From Bacteroidota bacterium (GTDB lineage: Bacteria; Bacteroidota; Rhodothermia; JANXDC01), in NCBI GenBank assembly GCA_025998875.1, contig AP024675.1, positions 629,589 to 693,588 of the forward strand: a stretch of 64,000 bases of DNA, in the 5' to 3' direction. The translations under genes were made by a program, and so were the position numbers. The notes under the pieces are model-generated. The model was not told the DNA's origin and made no database searches. It was given only the letters and a program-made list of their open reading frames with translations. Shown one piece after another: positions 28,835 through 38,981 of this stretch (positions within the stretch are counted from its first letter, which is position 1; each line of letters starts with the position of its first letter).

Positions 28835-29898
28835 AACAGGTAGCTATTCTCGGTACTGGACTCATAGGCGCCACCCTCGGACTGGCCATCGGACGTCTGC
28901 GCCCCTCCTGGATCCGGATCGGATATGACCGGGCGGAGGTGCTTTCCGTGGCCCGCAGATGCGGCGCGATCGATGAACCAGCCACCTCGGCGGAGGAGGC
29001 GGTCCGGGAGGCCGATCTGGTGCTCCTAGCCACCCCCTTGCGCGCTATGGAGGCGCTGATCGAAGAGCTCGCCCCGCATCTGCGTCCGGGCACCCTGCTT
29101 ACGGACACCGGCAGCGTAAAAGCCCCCCTGTTACACCACGTCCGCCAGCATCTGCCCGCATCCGTCTACTTCCTGGGCGGACATCCCCTGGCCGGATCCG
29201 AGCGCCCTGGACCCGAACATGCCGACCCGCAGCGGCTGGAGGGGGCTTTTTATGTGCTCTGTCCGCGCGATGAGGAGAGCTGGCGGGCATCGGGTTTTTT
29301 TCTGGAGCTGTTGCTGGAAATCGGACTGCGCCTCCTGCGGCTGGACCCGGAAACCCACGATCGCATCGTGGCCATCACCAGTCATCTACCCCAGCTGGTG
29401 GCCACCGTGTTGATGCAGACCATCGGCGAGCTCTGTCGGGAGGAAGAGCCCATACTGGCGGGCGGAGGCCTTCGGGACATGACCCGTATCGCCGACTCCC
29501 CCTTTACGATATGGCGCGACATCCTGGAACAGAACCGTCCGGCCGTCCTGTCCGCCCTGAGCGCCTTTGTGCGCCACATGGAGCGGCTCTACAGTGAGTT
29601 GGAGTTTCGTTCCTGGCGCGCGATCGAAGCACGTTTTGAGCAGGCCCGGAACCACCGGAGCGCGTTGCGCACAGAACCAGCATCCCCGGCCTCAGCCGCC
29701 CTCCAGGTAGAGCTCCCGATCCGCTCCGGTTTCCTCGAGGCGCTGCTTGCATGCCTCGGCGAGCAGCAGCCTGTTGGTCTACAGCTTCAGGGTCGAGCCG
29801 ACAACAGGCTGCTGTATCTGCGCTTCCCGGGTGAGCCGGAAGCCCGGAACGCCCGGGAGCGCCTGCTTGAGGCCGGATACCGGGTCTCTGCCCCCTAG
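28831..29898 (+). CDS. tyrA: Prephenate/arogenate dehydrogenase with degenerate C-terminal ACT-like region
   Basis: GTGLIG Rossmann, DTGSVK, GGHPLAGSE, HDRIVAITSHLPQ, GGGLRDMTRIA. Confidence 0.9.
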   Translation: MKQVAILGTGLIGATLGLAIGRLRPSWIRIGYDRAEVLSVARRCGAIDEPATSAEEAVREADLVLLATPLRAMEALIEELAPHLRPGTLLTDTGSVKAPLLHHVRQHLPASVYFLGGHPLAGSERPGPEHADPQRLEGAFYVLCPRDEESWRASGFFLELLLEIGLRLLRLDPETHDRIVAITSHLPQLVATVLMQTIGELCREEEPILAGGGLRDMTRIADSPFTIWRDILEQNRPAVLSALSAFVRHMERLYSELEFRSWRAIEARFEQARNHRSALRTEPASPASAALQVELPIRSGFLEALLACLGEQQPVGLQLQGRADNRLLYLRFPGEPEARNARERLLEAGYRVSAP

Positions 29899-31601
29899 CG
29901 GCGGCCCCGGGGCGAGGCGGGCGCCGGCGCCGGAGCCGGGCGGGGTACCAGCACCCGTCCGGGCAACGCGCCTGTAAGCTGCCCCTCGTCAACGACGGGC
30001 ACGCCGTTGACGAACACGTATCGGATCCCCTCGGCGTGCTGGTGGGGCTCAAAGAAAGTGGCTTTATCCTGGATTCGATCCAGCTCGAAGATCACCAGAT
30101 CCGCAAAGTAGCCTTCCCGGATGTAACCCCGATCTTTGAGGCCCAGAATCTGCGCCGGCAGTCCGGTCGAGCTTCGGATGGCCTGCTCCAGGGATATCAC
30201 CCCCCAGTCGCGAGCGTACCGGGCGATTTTGCGCGGGTAGGTGCCGTAATAGCGGGGATGAATAGCCGGACCATCCTCCGGTAGCGCAATACCGCCGTCG
30301 GTGGCCGTGGCCGTCCAGGGCTGTTGCATATAGAGCCGCACATCGAGTTCGTCCATCGAAAAGCCCCGCACTCGTGCCCCGCCTGGACGGTTGAAGCCCT
30401 CGCGCTGCAGTCGGATGGCCGCCTCTATGGGAGAGATCCCCCAGATGCGCGCCACCTCCGCCAGGGATTTGCCGATCAGAGAGGAATCCGGATACTCGAA
30501 GATCACGATGCGCTCCGCTCCCCCCCGGCGTTCGATTTCGTGCTGGATATCTATGCGCAACGCCTCGGGCCGCTCGGCCAGTACGCGCTCGAAATGCGCC
30601 TTATAATCCGGCCGCTGGCCATCGGATCCCCTTCCCAGACCGGCGAAGACCCAGTCGGGGATGAGCACGGTGTTGCCATCCGAACCCGAGGTGGTGTAGG
30701 TATACTGATCGGCGTAGACCTGCACGCCCTGTCGGCGCGCTTCCTCGATCAGGTAAATGGCCGCCTGGCTGGAGCCCCAGTATCCGTAGTTTTTCGCCTT
30801 GATATGGGAGGCCACCACGACGGCGCCCGTCTGTCGGCCGATCTCGATGGTCTCCTGCACGGCCTCCAGGAGTGTCGGCGGGCCCGGCGGATCCTGACTG
30901 GGCCAGTACCACATGGGCGTGCGCCCCTCACTGCGCTCATGGGCGATGTAGACCCCCCCATAGGGGACGATCTCCCGCACGAGGGCGATGAGCTCCTCGG
31001 TGGTGCTCCACCGGCCGGGCACGTATTCCAGACCGGCCGATAGCCCCCAGGCGCCCTCTTCCATCCCCTGGCGCACGAGCGCGCGCATGCGTTCGATCTC
31101 CTCCGGACGCGCCGGACGACGAAAGTCCTGCCCCATGACCATGCCCCGCACCGTGCCGTGGCCCACAAGCAAAATGGCGTTGGGCCCGATGCCAAGCTGT
31201 TCCATGGTCCGGCGTTGCTCGCCGATGGGCCACGGAGAGCGGCCGTCCTGGTTGACGACCACCGTGGTGATGCCCTGACTGACCACGTTCGGGGCACTCC
31301 GGCGACGTCGGTCCTCATGCCGCAGCCCCCTGTAGGTAGGCGAGCCATCATCGGCATGGGAATGCAGATCGATGAATCCCGGACAGACGTACAACCCCGA
31401 GGCGTCGATGACCCGACGCGCCGTGGCCCGGGACAGGTCCCCGATGGCCGCTATGCGATCGCCCCGAATGCCGATGTCGGCCCGATACCAGGGGTTCCCC
31501 GTGCCATCGAGTATGCGCCCACCGCGGATGAGGACGTCGAAATCCTGCGCCCGTCCCGTACCGACAGCAAGGGCCATCGCAAGGAGCACAATCCAGCGCA
31601 T
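29895..31601 (-). CDS. N-acyl-D-amino acid deacylase family amidohydrolase with signal peptide
   Basis: PGFIDLHSH, GLSAGLEYVPG, HERSE, SHIK, HPRYYGTYPR, DRGYIREGYFADLV. Confidence 0.88.
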   Translation of the reverse strand: MRWIVLLAMALAVGTGRAQDFDVLIRGGRILDGTGNPWYRADIGIRGDRIAAIGDLSRATARRVIDASGLYVCPGFIDLHSHADDGSPTYRGLRHEDRRRRSAPNVVSQGITTVVVNQDGRSPWPIGEQRRTMEQLGIGPNAILLVGHGTVRGMVMGQDFRRPARPEEIERMRALVRQGMEEGAWGLSAGLEYVPGRWSTTEELIALVREIVPYGGVYIAHERSEGRTPMWYWPSQDPPGPPTLLEAVQETIEIGRQTGAVVVASHIKAKNYGYWGSSQAAIYLIEEARRQGVQVYADQYTYTTSGSDGNTVLIPDWVFAGLGRGSDGQRPDYKAHFERVLAERPEALRIDIQHEIERRGGAERIVIFEYPDSSLIGKSLAEVARIWGISPIEAAIRLQREGFNRPGGARVRGFSMDELDVRLYMQQPWTATATDGGIALPEDGPAIHPRYYGTYPRKIARYARDWGVISLEQAIRSSTGLPAQILGLKDRGYIREGYFADLVIFELDRIQDKATFFEPHQHAEGIRYVFVNGVPVVDEGQLTGALPGRVLVPRPAPAPAPASPRGRR

Positions 31602-31744
31602 AGACCCTCTCCTGCTCGATTATCCGGATGATGATAGTATCCCGCCCGGCTTTAGGCAATCGTCAGGGAGGTGAAACTTCGGTAACGAGCCGGAAACCCG
31701 GAACCGGAGCCGGACGTTGGCACCCCGGTACGGAGTAACCGAAG

Positions 31745-33121
31745 ATGCGCACCTACCTGGAAGAAGACCCCATCTGCGCCCTGGCCACTCCTCCCGGTCA
31801 GGGGGCGCTGGCCGTGATCCGCGTCAGCGGGCGGGGGGCCATCGAGCGGGTATCCTCCTGCTTCCGAGGCAAAGATCTGCGAACAGTTTCCTCCCATACG
31901 GTACACTTCGGACGGATCGTAAACGATCGCGGAGAGGTCATCGACGAGGTGCTGGCCACCGTCTTCCGCGCCCCCCGGTCTTATACAGGGGAGGACGTGG
32001 TCGAGATCAGCTGTCATGGAGGTTGGCTGGTAAGCCGGCTCATCCTCGAGGTGCTTATCCAGGCCGGATGTCGCCCAGCCGAGCCCGGGGAGTTTACGCG
32101 CCGGGCGTTTCTGAACGGCAAACTCGATCTGGCACAGGCCGAAGCGGTAGCCGATCTGATCCAGGCTAGCTCCCGATGGGCGCATCGGGTATGTATCGAG
32201 CATCTGGAGGGCCGGCTTTCGCAACGCCTGCGAGAGTTCCGGGATCAGCTCCTGCACCTGGTGGCCATGCTGGAGCTGGAGCTGGATTTTGCCGAGGAAG
32301 ATGTCGAATTCGCCGACCGGACCGAGCTGCTGCGCTTACTGGAAAGGCTTCACGCAGAGGTACAGAGGCTGGTCAGCAGCTTCGCTCTGGGAGAGACGAT
32401 CCGGGAGGGCGTATTGACCGTCATTGCGGGTCGGCCCAACGCGGGCAAATCCACCCTGCTCAATCAGCTGTTGGGTCGCGATCGGGCGATTGTGTCGGCC
32501 ATCCCCGGTACCACGCGGGATGTGATTGAGGATCAGCTCCAGCTCGACGGCTTGCTTTTTCGGCTTCTCGATACGGCGGGCATCCGGGATACGGGCGACA
32601 TCATCGAGGAGGAAGGCGTCCGACGCACCCTCCGCACCCTGGAACAGGCCCGGCTCCTGCTCTACGTCTACGATGCAACCGCGGGTTGGACGGAGGAGGA
32701 GGCCCGGTTTCTGGATGCGTATCGAACCCGACATCCGGATACGGCTGTGCTCGTGCTGGCCAACAAGATCGATCAGCTGTCCCCGGACTACAGACCGCCT
32801 GCCCCGGATCATCTGCCCATTTCCGCGCAGACGGGGCACGGTCTGGAGCGGCTCAAGCAGGCCATGGTGCAGAGCGTCATCGATCGGGGTAATCTGACCG
32901 AGGATTCCCTGCTCATCACCAACGCACGCCACTATGCCGCCCTGAAGCGAACCCTCGAGGCCCTGCAAGAGGCCCAAGAAGGCTTTCAGCAGAGGCTCCC
33001 CTCGGACCTGCTCGTCATCCCCCTCAAAAGCGCGCTGCACGAACTGGGCACGATCACCGGAGAGGTGAGTTCCGAGGAGGTGCTTTCGTACATTTTCTCC
33101 CGCTTCTGCATTGGAAAATGA
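31745..33121 (+). CDS. mnmE: tRNA modification GTPase MnmE
   Basis: SYTGEDVVEISCHGG, GRPNAGKS, GTTRD, DTAG, NKID, C-terminal FCIGK. Confidence 0.98.
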   Translation: MRTYLEEDPICALATPPGQGALAVIRVSGRGAIERVSSCFRGKDLRTVSSHTVHFGRIVNDRGEVIDEVLATVFRAPRSYTGEDVVEISCHGGWLVSRLILEVLIQAGCRPAEPGEFTRRAFLNGKLDLAQAEAVADLIQASSRWAHRVCIEHLEGRLSQRLREFRDQLLHLVAMLELELDFAEEDVEFADRTELLRLLERLHAEVQRLVSSFALGETIREGVLTVIAGRPNAGKSTLLNQLLGRDRAIVSAIPGTTRDVIEDQLQLDGLLFRLLDTAGIRDTGDIIEEEGVRRTLRTLEQARLLLYVYDATAGWTEEEARFLDAYRTRHPDTAVLVLANKIDQLSPDYRPPAPDHLPISAQTGHGLERLKQAMVQSVIDRGNLTEDSLLITNARHYAALKRTLEALQEAQEGFQQRLPSDLLVIPLKSALHELGTITGEVSSEEVLSYIFSRFCIGK

Positions 33122-34425
33122 GGCGGACCGGCTGGCCATATCTGGCCGTGTTGCTGCTCGGCCTTTACTGCGACAGGCCCATGGTCGCCGTAGCCCCCCC
33201 GGAGATCACGGTGCTGGAGCCCGACCCGAATACGGTCATCCGCACTGCGGAAGTAGACCTCCGGGTGCGCGCCACCAGTTTTCGGCCCATCTCCGGCCTG
33301 TGGGCCAACGGCCTTCCGCTCGCCTACCGGGAGAGCGATCGGAGCTGGCATCTGCGGCTTGCCCTCCGGCCGGGTATAAACCGGATCGTGCTCGAGGCGG
33401 CTGATCTTGAGGGCGTCCGCGGTCGGGACACGCTCTACCTGCTTCGGCTTTCTCTGCGGATCCGCCGCGGTGCGGACATGCGCCAGGCGCGCGCCTTTCA
33501 CACCGCCACCCCGCTTGCCGATGGCACCATCCTCCTGGTCGGAGGACTAAGCCACCCGGACGGGGAGGCCATGGCCGAGGTGGAACGCTACGATCCCCGC
33601 ACGGGTCGTAGCTACCCTACGGCGGGCGGGCTCATCCGCGCCCGGGCCGGACACGTGGCCCTGCCCCTGAGCGATGGGCGCGTGCTTTTTTTCGGCGGAG
33701 CCCGACGATACCCCCCTCGAACGGCGGCCGATTTCGTTCGGGAAGCAGAGCTCTACGACCCGGCTACGGATCGTTTTCATCTCCTGCCCCTGGCGGGGTA
33801 TCCCGTCGATCGCGCGTTTTTTGATGCGGTCTGGTATCCCCACCCGAATGGCCCTTATATCTGGATGCTCGGCGGCTGGGGAGATCTGGCCCCCGCCTCG
33901 CCGGATTTTGTCCTCGGCATTCGCCAGGACGGACGCTTTTACCTGTTTCGCAACGATTCCCTTTCCCTCTACGGATCGAGCGGCGCCCCGCTGTACCTGG
34001 AACCCGCCTTCGGCCATCTGCTCCTGCCGCTCGGGGCGCGCACCTACGCCCTGCTGAATACGGCCTTCTACAGCGCAGGATCGACCTCGCAAAACCAACT
34101 GCTGGAGCTGGACCGGCCGCGCGCTCGGGCGTTGCGCCCCTTTCACCAGGCGCGCACCGGACACGCCGCCGCGGAGCTGCAGCCGGGGATCTGGCTTGTC
34201 CTCGGCGGTGCTGTTCTGACAGGCTCGATGCCGGGCTCGTTTGTGCCTTCGATCGAATGTTTCATACCGGCTCTGGAGCGGTTTTACCTGTACCCCGAAC
34301 CGCTTTTTCTTGCCCGAGCCGGGTTGCGTGCAACAAAAACCCCGGATGACCGAATAATGTTATCAGGCGGCTGGTCTGCGCAGGGCATCAGCCGCGCTGT
34401 GGAATGGATTGAGCTGGAGCGTTAA
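33118..34425 (+). CDS. Kelch-repeat probable lipoprotein with N-terminal Ig-like domain
   Basis: Lipobox-like LLLGLYC; repeats ARAFHTATPLADGTILLVGG, ARAGHVALPLSDGRVLFFGG, ARTGHAA. Confidence 0.75.
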   Translation: MRRTGWPYLAVLLLGLYCDRPMVAVAPPEITVLEPDPNTVIRTAEVDLRVRATSFRPISGLWANGLPLAYRESDRSWHLRLALRPGINRIVLEAADLEGVRGRDTLYLLRLSLRIRRGADMRQARAFHTATPLADGTILLVGGLSHPDGEAMAEVERYDPRTGRSYPTAGGLIRARAGHVALPLSDGRVLFFGGARRYPPRTAADFVREAELYDPATDRFHLLPLAGYPVDRAFFDAVWYPHPNGPYIWMLGGWGDLAPASPDFVLGIRQDGRFYLFRNDSLSLYGSSGAPLYLEPAFGHLLLPLGARTYALLNTAFYSAGSTSQNQLLELDRPRARALRPFHQARTGHAAAELQPGIWLVLGGAVLTGSMPGSFVPSIECFIPALERFYLYPEPLFLARAGLRATKTPDDRIMLSGGWSAQGISRAVEWIELER

Positions 34426-34611
34426 ATGCGGCCTCTGGAATATTTGCTCAGGCTCATCGTCATCGCGCTCATCGCCGTGCTGGCGATTGGGCTTCTGGGG
34501 TTCCTCTTTGAGATCGGCATGGCCCTGCTGAGGCTCGCCTTTCGCGTTGCCCTCTTCCTCTTGTTTCTGGCCATTGTGCTTCGTATTCTGGCAGCACTGT
34601 CGAGGAGGTAG
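34426..34611 (+). CDS. Small two-TM hydrophobic protein
   Basis: 61 aa very hydrophobic ORF starting immediately after the kelch gene stop. Confidence 0.6.
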   Translation: MRPLEYLLRLIVIALIAVLAIGLLGFLFEIGMALLRLAFRVALFLLFLAIVLRILAALSRR

Positions 34612-34627
34612 CCGATCGGCGCTCTCT

Positions 34628-37531
34628 ATGGTGCGGCCTTTCTTTTTCCTGGCGCTGTGGCTTGGCGCCGGCGGCATGCTCTGGGCGCAGGGCTTTAGCC
34701 CCTGGAACAACCGCAATCATCCCGAACTGCGATGGCAGAGGCTGGAGAGCGCGCACTTCCGCATCGTATATCCAGCCCACCTCAGGCAGACGGCTCTGCA
34801 GGCGGCGGTCGTGGCCGAGAGCACGCTTGCGGCCCTGTCCCGTAACCTGAACGGATTTATACCCCGGCGCAGGCTCGGCCTGTATCTGAGCGATACGGAT
34901 GAGATCACCAACGGCTACGCCAGCCCCACGGGGAATGCCTTCGTGTGGGTACACGTTCCGGATGCGGCCGAGCTCTTCAGCGGCCCGGAAAAATGGGTGC
35001 GCAAGGTCGTCGCCCACGAAATCGCTCATCTGCTCCACCTGGAGGCCACCCGCACCCGGCTCGGCCTATGGGGCTACGTGCTCGGACGCCCCCTTCCGCG
35101 TTCTTTCGCCGAAGGGTTGGCCCAGTACTGGACGGAATCCTGGGATGTGCTTCGAGGCGATCTGTGGCTGCGCACGGCCGCCTTTGATGGACGCCTCTCC
35201 TATGGTGACGGGCAGTCCGCCTGGAGCGGTCGACTCCTCTACGCCGTAGGACACAGCCAGGTCCGGTATCTGGCCCAGCAGTACGGCGACTCCGTCCTGA
35301 GTCGTCTGCTGCGCTACCGAAACCGGCTGGGCCTGTATGATTTCCCGAGCGCCTTCCGGTTCGCCACGGGCCTCGATCGACACCAGTTCGAAGAGTCCTG
35401 GCGACGCACGGTACTGCGTCATTACGTGTTCCAGGAAACCCAGAGCCCGCCTCTGCCCAGAGGTCGACAGGACCGCTGGACCAGCGGACCGCGGTATGTG
35501 CACGAAGTCCGATACAGCCGGGATACCCAGTGGGTTGCCCTGAGCGGCCTATGGGATCTCGATGATAGAGAACGCGGCCTCTGGGTTCGTCGTGCCGATC
35601 CGAGAAGCCCTTTTCGCCTCATCGCCCGGGGTGTGGAGCCGTACTTTGGACTCCATCCGGAGGGCCGTGCGGTAGTATACGCCAAAACCGTACGCGATAA
35701 GCACGGGGGGCTCATCCGCGATCTCTTTCTCACCGACCTGCAGACCGGGCGCACCCGCCGACTCACCCGAGGGGCTCGAGCCGCCTATCCGGACTGGTCT
35801 CCGGATGGCTCCTGGATTGTGTACGTGCGATCCGAGGGTCAGGCGGCCAACCTGTGGCGCATACGCCCCGATGGCACAGATGCAGAGCCCCTGACGCGCT
35901 TCTCCGACGATACCCAGTGTCTGCATCCCCGCTACTCCCCGGACGGGCGCTATATCGCCTTTACGCTCTTCGATGCCGTGGGCAACCGGGAGATCGCCCT
36001 GCTGGATGTGGAGCGGCTCCTGGTCCTGCTGCTCACCCTGGACCCCCCGGATGATCGGGCGCCCGTCTGGTCGCCCGATGGCCGCTGGATCGCCTTCACC
36101 TCCTACCGTTCCGGAGTACCGAACATCTATCGCCTCCCCGTGGTGGGGAACAGGAGGCCGGAGGCGCTCACCCGCTTCGCCTACGGAACACGGGTGCAGG
36201 CCTGGCTGCCCTCGGGGGAGCTGGTAGCCATCGTCACCGCCTCTCGCGGATATGACCGCGTCTATCGTCTCCCGGTCCGGGAGGCCATCGGGGATCCGGA
36301 TAGCCTCTCCTCTCCATGGGGGACATGGACGCAACACCGTCCTCCCCATATCCCGCCGATTGCGCCTTCTGTTCCGGATTCCGGCCTTGTTCGTTTCGAG
36401 GGTCCGTATCGGAGCTGGCGTTACATCCGCCCGCTCATCGGAGGCCTTCTGCCCTGGTATGCCTCCCCGAGGAACTGGGGTGTTGCGGGTCTGTCGATCT
36501 GGATGGAGCCCCTGGGCCAGCACACGTTGCTCGGGCTCGGGGCCTTCGTCTTGCCCCGCCCCCGCCGATCCCTTTTCCTGTTCACCTACCGGAACGCGCA
36601 ACTGGAGCCCACGATCACCTTTTCGGTCGGACGCCTTCCCAGCTACGTGGCCTTTTCCGAAAAAGGCGAGCTGGCGCTGGAAACCGCCACCTACACCGAA
36701 TTGAATCTGCGCCTGCCGATAAACGCCCTCGATGCCCCACCCCAGCAGGCCGCCGCAGGCCTGCGGCTGCGTCACGCAAAATACGAGACCCCGCATCCGG
36801 AAGCCTTTCGGAGCTGGCCAGAAGCGATTCGGCCGGGATACGGGATCCTGAGCGAACTCGTCCTCTGGGGCGCGGTGCGCTACGAGGCGCCTTATGGGCT
36901 CGGCACCATACTGCCCCTCAGCGCCCGCGGCCTGCGCCTGCAGTACCGGCTCTCCGGTCCCCTGTGGGGGAGCCGATCAAACCGCTTCCGTGTCGATGTG
37001 GACGCTTTCCTGTCCCACCCCATCGGGCGGGGCTGGGTGCTCTACGGAAGAACCCTGATGGCCTATCGTTCCGGAGCCGACCTGCCCCGGGAGTACATCG
37101 GATTCAGCCGTGGGGATTACGTCTCCATCGCTCCCTCCGGGCTGCCGGTACAGACCTCTGCTTTCGGGGAATTGTGGCCCTACCGGCCCCGGGTGCGCGG
37201 CTATCGATCTCTGGCTTACGGGGAACGGATGGGGTTCGGCACCCTGGAGCTCAGAAAACTGCTCACCCGCAGTGCGCGCACCACGTTTTTCGGGATAATC
37301 CAACTTGGCGGGCTGAGCGGAGCGGCCTTTCTGGAAGGGGGGATACTCTGGGACAGGACGGGCAGAACCGTAACGCAACGCCTAGGGGCCGGGGTGGAGA
37401 TAAAAAACGAGCTCCGAGTCGGGACGATCCGCATCGCGCACGCCTTCGGCCTGGCCTGGCCGCTGACGGCAGGGGCATCCCGACCCCGGGAGGGGTACTA
37501 TCGCATCCAGGCCAGCTTGCCGGTCTGGTAG
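34628..37531 (+). CDS. Exported gluzincin-like + TolB/PD40 beta-propeller + probable Omp85-like beta-barrel protein
   Basis: Signal peptide; VAHEIAH...EGLAQY; PD40 repeats PDWSPDG, PRYSPDG, PVWSPDG; amphipathic beta-strands ending in aromatic W. Confidence 0.75.
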   Translation: MVRPFFFLALWLGAGGMLWAQGFSPWNNRNHPELRWQRLESAHFRIVYPAHLRQTALQAAVVAESTLAALSRNLNGFIPRRRLGLYLSDTDEITNGYASPTGNAFVWVHVPDAAELFSGPEKWVRKVVAHEIAHLLHLEATRTRLGLWGYVLGRPLPRSFAEGLAQYWTESWDVLRGDLWLRTAAFDGRLSYGDGQSAWSGRLLYAVGHSQVRYLAQQYGDSVLSRLLRYRNRLGLYDFPSAFRFATGLDRHQFEESWRRTVLRHYVFQETQSPPLPRGRQDRWTSGPRYVHEVRYSRDTQWVALSGLWDLDDRERGLWVRRADPRSPFRLIARGVEPYFGLHPEGRAVVYAKTVRDKHGGLIRDLFLTDLQTGRTRRLTRGARAAYPDWSPDGSWIVYVRSEGQAANLWRIRPDGTDAEPLTRFSDDTQCLHPRYSPDGRYIAFTLFDAVGNREIALLDVERLLVLLLTLDPPDDRAPVWSPDGRWIAFTSYRSGVPNIYRLPVVGNRRPEALTRFAYGTRVQAWLPSGELVAIVTASRGYDRVYRLPVREAIGDPDSLSSPWGTWTQHRPPHIPPIAPSVPDSGLVRFEGPYRSWRYIRPLIGGLLPWYASPRNWGVAGLSIWMEPLGQHTLLGLGAFVLPRPRRSLFLFTYRNAQLEPTITFSVGRLPSYVAFSEKGELALETATYTELNLRLPINALDAPPQQAAAGLRLRHAKYETPHPEAFRSWPEAIRPGYGILSELVLWGAVRYEAPYGLGTILPLSARGLRLQYRLSGPLWGSRSNRFRVDVDAFLSHPIGRGWVLYGRTLMAYRSGADLPREYIGFSRGDYVSIAPSGLPVQTSAFGELWPYRPRVRGYRSLAYGERMGFGTLELRKLLTRSARTTFFGIIQLGGLSGAAFLEGGILWDRTGRTVTQRLGAGVEIKNELRVGTIRIAHAFGLAWPLTAGASRPREGYYRIQASLPVW

Positions 37532-37532
37532 C

Positions 37533-38048
37533 TCATCGACCGGCGCGGTAGCGGGATACGTAGGCCACGTAGTTGGCCGCCGCCTCCTCCACCTGGAGGC
37601 GCTCTTCCTCCGTCAGGGGCCGCACCGGACGGGCGGGAACACCCAGCACGAGATAGCCGGACGGCACCCGCATGCCAGGAGGTACGAGCGCGCCGGCACC
37701 GATAAGGCTGTGATGCTCCACCACGGCTCCGTCGAGCACGGTGGCGTGCATGCCAACCAGGACAAAGTCCTCGATGACGCATCCATGCAGTACCGCGCTA
37801 TGCCCCACGGTCACATGACTGCCCACCTCGAGAGGCCAGCGGCGATGGGTTACATGGAGCATGCACAGGTCCTGGATGTTCGTCCGCTCCCCGATGCGGA
37901 TCCAGTGCACATCACCCCGGATAACGGTGTTGTACCATACGGAGCTGTGGGCTCCGATCTCTACATCCCCGATGATGCGCACCCCCTCGCAGAGGTGCAC
38001 CGTGGGATGCACTCGGGGCCAGCGTCCCTCAAACGGGGCGATCGTCAC
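37533..38048 (-). CDS. Gamma carbonic anhydrase family hexapeptide-repeat protein
   Basis: IIGDVEIG, VIRGDV, NIQD..LH, TVGHSAVLHGC; GTG at 38048 overlaps upstream TGA (GTGA). Confidence 0.92.
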   Translation of the reverse strand: MTIAPFEGRWPRVHPTVHLCEGVRIIGDVEIGAHSSVWYNTVIRGDVHWIRIGERTNIQDLCMLHVTHRRWPLEVGSHVTVGHSAVLHGCVIEDFVLVGMHATVLDGAVVEHHSLIGAGALVPPGMRVPSGYLVLGVPARPVRPLTEEERLQVEEAAANYVAYVSRYRAGR

Positions 38049-38860
38049 CCCGGGGGGCGAATGGAAGCCCTGGGGGGGTTCCATCCCTTGCGTTTCCATG
38101 CGATCAACTCCACCTGCACATAACCCACGATGACGGAGAGGCGGGCCCGGAGGGGCACGCGAGCCTCATCGGCCGAAAACCAGCCCTCGTAGGGCCCCTT
38201 GAATCCCAGTAACCCCTCAAAATGCGCCACCCCACGCAGACACCAGGCCGCCACGGGATAGGGGACAGCCGGAACCCGCACCACAGACAGCCCCGCTGTG
38301 GGCTCGATCTCGGTGGTGCCGAACCGGTAGCTGACCCAGGTCGGCTCATCATAACGCCTCTGCCCCCCCGCTACCAGACGCGTAAAGTAAAAGACGCTGA
38401 TGCCATCCTGTCCACGTCCTCTCAGCGGGAAGGCTCGCTCCTCTACGCCCCCACGTAGAGACCGGCGTATGGTGAGCACACGACCCCGGAGGTAATCGAA
38501 CCGATATTCCGAAAGCACGCTATCCCCCCTATCCTGCTCCCTGGACCAGAAATAGCGACTACGCACCAGCCCGTCAAGCTCCTCCAGATAGGAATGATAG
38601 ACCCCGCTGATGTTCACCAGCGCCGAAACAGCGGGTACGGACCGGATCTCCGTGCTGGCATGACGGACCGTCCTCCCCTCAAAGAGCGTATCGCCATGCA
38701 GGCGTACCGTGATCCAGCCCAATGTAAGAGGACCCCAGCGAACGCGATAAGCCAGCTCTTCACCGGACCAAAATACCCGTGAGGGCTCTTCTGCCCTTAC
38801 GCTCCACTTTCCCGATGTGATCCCCACCCAGAACAGCAACCCGACGGGCAACCACCACAT
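38045..38860 (-). CDS. DUF3108-like exported protein
   Basis: GEELAYRVRWG N-terminal motif, WFSADEARVPLR..VIVGYVQVEL C-terminal motif. Confidence 0.75.
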   Translation of the reverse strand: MWWLPVGLLFWVGITSGKWSVRAEEPSRVFWSGEELAYRVRWGPLTLGWITVRLHGDTLFEGRTVRHASTEIRSVPAVSALVNISGVYHSYLEELDGLVRSRYFWSREQDRGDSVLSEYRFDYLRGRVLTIRRSLRGGVEERAFPLRGRGQDGISVFYFTRLVAGGQRRYDEPTWVSYRFGTTEIEPTAGLSVVRVPAVPYPVAAWCLRGVAHFEGLLGFKGPYEGWFSADEARVPLRARLSVIVGYVQVELIAWKRKGWNPPRASIRPPG

Positions 38861-38981
38861 GTGTCGCGTCCCCTGGATCTGAGGGTCGAAAATATCGCGC
38901 TGCGGGGAAACGGGACAATCTTCCTTCTGGAGGCCTCCGCAGTGTATCTTGTTCCGCTACAGCACAAGCATCCGGCAGCCT

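Noticed and set aside
31688..31716. Short CCGGA repeats upstream of mnmE
   Set aside because: Too short and irregular to distinguish from GC-rich background
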